A stretch of 45,314 nucleotides of DNA. Origin: a virus. Location of the stretch: the IMG/VR virus record IMGVR_UViG_3300045988_037298; one strand, written 5' to 3'. The translations under genes and the position numbers were made by a program. Positions 41,815-45,314 of the stretch are shown here, piece after piece (the stretch's first letter is position 1; each line of letters opens with the position of its first letter). The notes under the pieces were generated by a model that was given only the letters and a program-made list of their open reading frames with translations, was not told the DNA's origin and made no database searches.

Positions 41815-44800
41815 TGTATCAAATACTTTTAAAGAAAAATTGCAGGATGGTGAGCAAGTAATTGAAATCGTGGAGATCACCTTTGCCGACGGAACGACAA
41901 AGACACTTGAAAACGAGATTATGATCGGAAACAATGACTTTTCCGATTGTGCGGAGAGTAGCAGTTTCCCAGTCGGTGCTACAGTCTGCAAAACGATGAA
42001 GCTTGAACTGGACAATACAGAGGATCAGTGGAAAGATTATAATTTCTATCAAGCTAAAGTGCATGCATATTTGAAGCTCCAGACTTCCGTAGCGGAACCA
42101 GCCAGTGAATCAATTTGGATGAATGATTTTTATGAGCCGATTTTAGACACTGACGGAAACAGCATAGTCCTGTCCAGAGCCGCATCAAAAGACCGATACG
42201 AGACAATTGATAAGGGTGTCTATACAATTACCACGCCAGAACAATACGGCGAAATATTGAGCTTTACGGCGCTAGACGACATGTATAAAACCAATGCTAA
42301 ATATTATAGTGCTCTGACGCTTCCACAGCCGATTATGGCGCTGGTAAGAGACGCTTGCGAGAGTTTGAATATCCCTATGGGGTTTTCCTCTGTGGCACAT
42401 GGAAATGTAATTGTCACAGCGCTCCCAGATAATATGACATTCCGACAATTGATCGGATGGGCGGCAATGCTAGAGACAGCAAACGCCAGAATTGACAACA
42501 GAGGTTATTTGCAGTTTATAAAATGGAATTTTGGAGCTGTCGAAAACGGCTCCTTAGTTCCGTTTAAATTAGAGGATTACGTGAGTAGTCCTACACTTTC
42601 CAGTGATGATATTGTAATTACTGGTATCAGAGTAAAAAACAAAGAATCGGAATCCCTGTTTGGAACTGCTGGATATGTGTTGGAGTTAGAAAACAATCTT
42701 CTGTCTGACAGTGACCTCGGAACTGTAGCGGCATGGATTGGCGGTAATCTGGTCGGGGCCAGATTCCGAAATCTGCAAGGGGATCTGATTTATAATCCTC
42801 TGTTAGAATTTGGTGATATGGCACGCAGTTTTGATCGAAACGGCAATGGATATCTTACACCAATCACTGATGTATCATCTCCGTTAAATGGAATTACCAC
42901 TGTAAAAACGCAGGCAGATGATCCCATCCGAAATAGCAGCACATATATGTCGGAAGCTACAAAAGCACTGGTAGAAGCTAGACAACTTGTTAAGGATGAA
43001 CGCACAGAGCGCGAAAAAGCCGTTGAAAGGCTTAATAATACGCTTAAAACTTCTGGTGGTTTATACATGACTGTAGAGTCACAGGATGATGGTAGCAATA
43101 TCTATTATGCGCACAATAAGCCTACACTGGAAGAATCTGATATTGTATGGAAGTTTACGGCAGAAGCAATCGGCATTTCCATGGATGGAGGAAAGACATA
43201 TCCTTATGGATTAAATATTAATGGAGAGCTTATTGCAAGGCTTCTGTATGCAGAGGGAATCAATGCAAGTTATATTAATGCCGGCGCGTTAGTCGTTCGT
43301 GACACAAACGGAAAGATTATTTTCTCAGCCGATATTGATAATAACCAGATTGTAATTGACGGCGCATCCGTGCGAATTGGTGCATCACATTTGGACGGAC
43401 TGTTAAACAGTATGCAAGGTCAGATTGACGGAAATATCAATACCTGGACCGGGACTCCTGCACCTACACTTAGCAATTACCCGGCAAACGAGTGGCTAAC
43501 TGATACAGAAATGAGTAAGCATGTAGGTGATCTGTATTATGATGGAGACAGCCATGCTTACAGATTCCGCAATGATGGAAAAGGGTATTACTGGGAAAGA
43601 TTAAAAGATACGGACGTAACAAAAGCATTACAGGATTCCGAGGATGCTTTAGCGGCAGCTAAATCCGCGCAGGAAGCGGCAGCTCTTGCAAAGAATATGA
43701 CATTGCAGTTGAGCAACGAATACCAGGGCATTTCTGTTGATTCTGACGGAAATTACGGAACATTTCCCGGCAATGTGAGTACGCAGGCAGTCGTGATGTA
43801 CGGAACGCAGGATATTACATCTGATTGTAAATTTACAATTATCAAATCAGATAGCGTAACAGGATCCTGGAATAATGCGACCAAGACATACACAGTAACA
43901 GCATTATCCACTGACGATGGATGGGTAGACATCAAAGCAACATATATCAGTGTTTTATCAGTAGTTAAAAGATTTTCTCTGGCTAAAATTTATGCTGGGA
44001 AAAATGGTACAAATGGTGTTGACGGTCTCCAGGGACCAAAAGGAGACCAAGGCATACCGGGACCACAAGGAGAACAAGGTATTCAAGGCCCACAAGGACC
44101 GAGAGGAGAACAAGGAATTCCTGGAACTCCCGGGGCGGATGGTAAAACGCCGTATTTGCATATTAAATATGCTCCGGTAGAAAATCCAACATCCGGACAG
44201 ATGACAAAGACACCAGATATTTATATTGGTACTTACACAGATTATTTACAGGATGACAGCACAGATCCAGCTGCCTATACCTGGGCGAAATTTCGCGGGG
44301 ATGATGGACAGCCCGGAAAGAATGGATATACCTGGATTAAATACGCTTCTATGCCAAACGGCGAAGATATGTCAGATAACCCAGATACTGTTCCATGGAT
44401 TGATACAGATGGGAATACAATATGTGATACTGTAGGAAATCCAATCTATCTGGAGCCAGAATATGTTGCGTATATCGGAACTGCAAATAATAAGGAAACG
44501 CCAACGGAAAGTGATAATCCGGCTGATTATACATGGACTCGATACAAAGGCGCTGATGGAAAAAACGGTTCTGATGGCAAGGATGGAGCAGACGGAAAAG
44601 ATGGAAAAACAAGTTATACACACATTGCCTATGCGAATTCTGCGGATGGAAAAACAGATTTCTCTGTGTCGGACAGTAATCGTGAGTATATCGGTATGTA
44701 TGCGGATTTTACCGAGCAAGATAGTACTAATCCAGATGATTACGCGTGGACACTTGTAAAAGGCGCGAATGGCGCACAAGGTATCCCTGGAAAAGCAGGT

Positions 44801-45314
44801 GCGGACGGAAAGACGCCATATTTCCACATAGCTTATGCGAATAGTGCTGACGGAAAAACTGGCTTTGATGTAGTTGTCAGTGCCGGAAAGCAGTATATTG
44901 GCCAATATACTGATTACGACACGCCGGATGATTCCATTGACCCGACAAAATATAGCTGGACGAAGATAAAAGGTGAACAGGGTGATAAAGGAGAACAAGG
45001 TGTACCTGGCAGGACATATTTTATCGAGCTTTCATCTAATATCCTAAAACGAGGTCAGAATGACAAGGTTGTACCAAGTACAATTACGGCAAAAGCTTAT
45101 TATCGAGATGGTGACAGTGCTACAAGAACGGCATATTCCGGTAGATGGTATGTGCAGACTTCCATGGATGGCTCTACATTTACAAACGTATTGGTTTCAA
45201 CTGTAAATGAGCCGAGTAAAAGTTATACTGTTAGCTCACTGGATAGAAGCATTGTGTCTGTTAGATTTATCCTGTATGCAGCAGATGGAACTACAAATCA
45301 GCTGGATATGCAAT
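41807..45314 (+). CDS. tail-associated minor structural protein / tail fibre, N-terminal and central parts (continues at 1-951; about 1467 aa in total)
   Basis: The frame is open from the stop at 41798-41800 to the window end, and is absent from the track because there is no stop in the window. TTG 41807 follows GGGGGTGA. The N-terminus LINVSNTFKEKLQDGEQVIEIVEITFADGTT.. is typical of siphovirus Tal / minor structural proteins. Collagen-like Gly-X-Y runs begin at 43997. Confidence 0.8.
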   Translation, partial: MINVSNTFKEKLQDGEQVIEIVEITFADGTTKTLENEIMIGNNDFSDCAESSSFPVGATVCKTMKLELDNTEDQWKDYNFYQAKVHAYLKLQTSVAEPASESIWMNDFYEPILDTDGNSIVLSRAASKDRYETIDKGVYTITTPEQYGEILSFTALDDMYKTNAKYYSALTLPQPIMALVRDACESLNIPMGFSSVAHGNVIVTALPDNMTFRQLIGWAAMLETANARIDNRGYLQFIKWNFGAVENGSLVPFKLEDYVSSPTLSSDDIVITGIRVKNKESESLFGTAGYVLELENNLLSDSDLGTVAAWIGGNLVGARFRNLQGDLIYNPLLEFGDMARSFDRNGNGYLTPITDVSSPLNGITTVKTQADDPIRNSSTYMSEATKALVEARQLVKDERTEREKAVERLNNTLKTSGGLYMTVESQDDGSNIYYAHNKPTLEESDIVWKFTAEAIGISMDGGKTYPYGLNINGELIARLLYAEGINASYINAGALVVRDTNGKIIFSADIDNNQIVIDGASVRIGASHLDGLLNSMQGQIDGNINTWTGTPAPTLSNYPANEWLTDTEMSKHVGDLYYDGDSHAYRFRNDGKGYYWERLKDTDVTKALQDSEDALAAAKSAQEAAALAKNMTLQLSNEYQGISVDSDGNYGTFPGNVSTQAVVMYGTQDITSDCKFTIIKSDSVTGSWNNATKTYTVTALSTDDGWVDIKATYISVLSVVKRFSLAKIYAGKNGTNGVDGLQGPKGDQGIPGPQGEQGIQGPQGPRGEQGIPGTPGADGKTPYLHIKYAPVENPTSGQMTKTPDIYIGTYTDYLQDDSTDPAAYTWAKFRGDDGQPGKNGYTWIKYASMPNGEDMSDNPDTVPWIDTDGNTICDTVGNPIYLEPEYVAYIGTANNKETPTESDNPADYTWTRYKGADGKNGSDGKDGADGKDGKTSYTHIAYANSADGKTDFSVSDSNREYIGMYADFTEQDSTNPDDYAWTLVKGANGAQGIPGKAGADGKTPYFHIAYANSADGKTGFDVVVSAGKQYIGQYTDYDTPDDSIDPTKYSWTKIKGEQGDKGEQGVPGRTYFIELSSNILKRGQNDKVVPSTITAKAYYRDGDSATRTAYSGRWYVQTSMDGSTFTNVLVSTVNEPSKSYTVSSLDRSIVSVRFILYAADGTTNQLDMQ
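45260..45314. repeat. second copy of the 55-bp terminal sequence
   Basis: Identical to nt 1-55. Confidence 0.95.

Larger units (their letters stand above)
1..45314. mobile_element. complete temperate siphovirus genome (circularly permuted contig)
   Basis: All modules are present: lysogeny, replication, packaging, head, tail and lysis. The window ends are identical over 55 bp, and one ORF is continuous across the junction. Confidence 0.85.

Noticed and set aside
44372-44998. 208-aa minus-strand ORF, plus several plus-strand off-frame ORFs, in the collagen-like region
   Set aside because: The Gly-X-Y coding repeats keep several frames open. Only the frame continuous with the fibre gene makes sense.

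Overview
The window is a complete, circularly closed genome (about 45.26 kb unique) of a temperate siphovirus. The first 55 nt are identical to the last 55 nt, which indicates circular closure. The host is probably a low-GC Gram-positive (Clostridia-like) bacterium; that is inference from gene content. The tail-fibre gene spans the junction. Reading from nt 1, the modules are as follows. (1) The tail-fibre C-terminus, then a small fibre-associated gene whose C-terminal domain appears exchangeable by DNA inversion: 18-bp perfect inverted repeats sit in the same codon phase, with a silent start-less cassette on the opposite strand. (2) A CHAP+SH3 endolysin. (3) A lysogeny module with a large serine recombinase, a moron island encoding secreted proteins, and a CI-like/Cro-like switch with three TTCGA-N5-TCGAA operators. 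(4) Early and replication genes: Sak4-like ATPase, DUF669, ERCC4 nuclease, CHC2 zinc-finger protein, DUF927 helicase, an iteron/AT-rich origin and a PIF1/RecD-like helicase. (5) A long run of small, often Cys-rich ORFs, plus a PAPS-reductase-like gene, DUF551 and YopX. (6) Packaging and head genes: terS, terL, portal, minor capsid proteins. These are interrupted by an accessory island containing a transcriptionally insulated five-gene cassette of low-complexity proteins (Q/P-, N/Q/G- and R/Y/D-rich) and a C1q/BclA-C-like protein. (7) An ORF-free structured leader with an atypical tRNA-like gene (anticodon CAT). (8) Scaffold, major capsid, connectors, holin, major tail, chaperones, tape measure, Dit and Tal/fibre. 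A conserved ATGTGGGG-N23-(-10) element precedes the endolysin, terS and head-tail operons and is interpreted as a late promoter. No rRNA, CRISPR array, transposase or reverse transcriptase was seen. All functional calls are motif recognition by eye; no database search was run.
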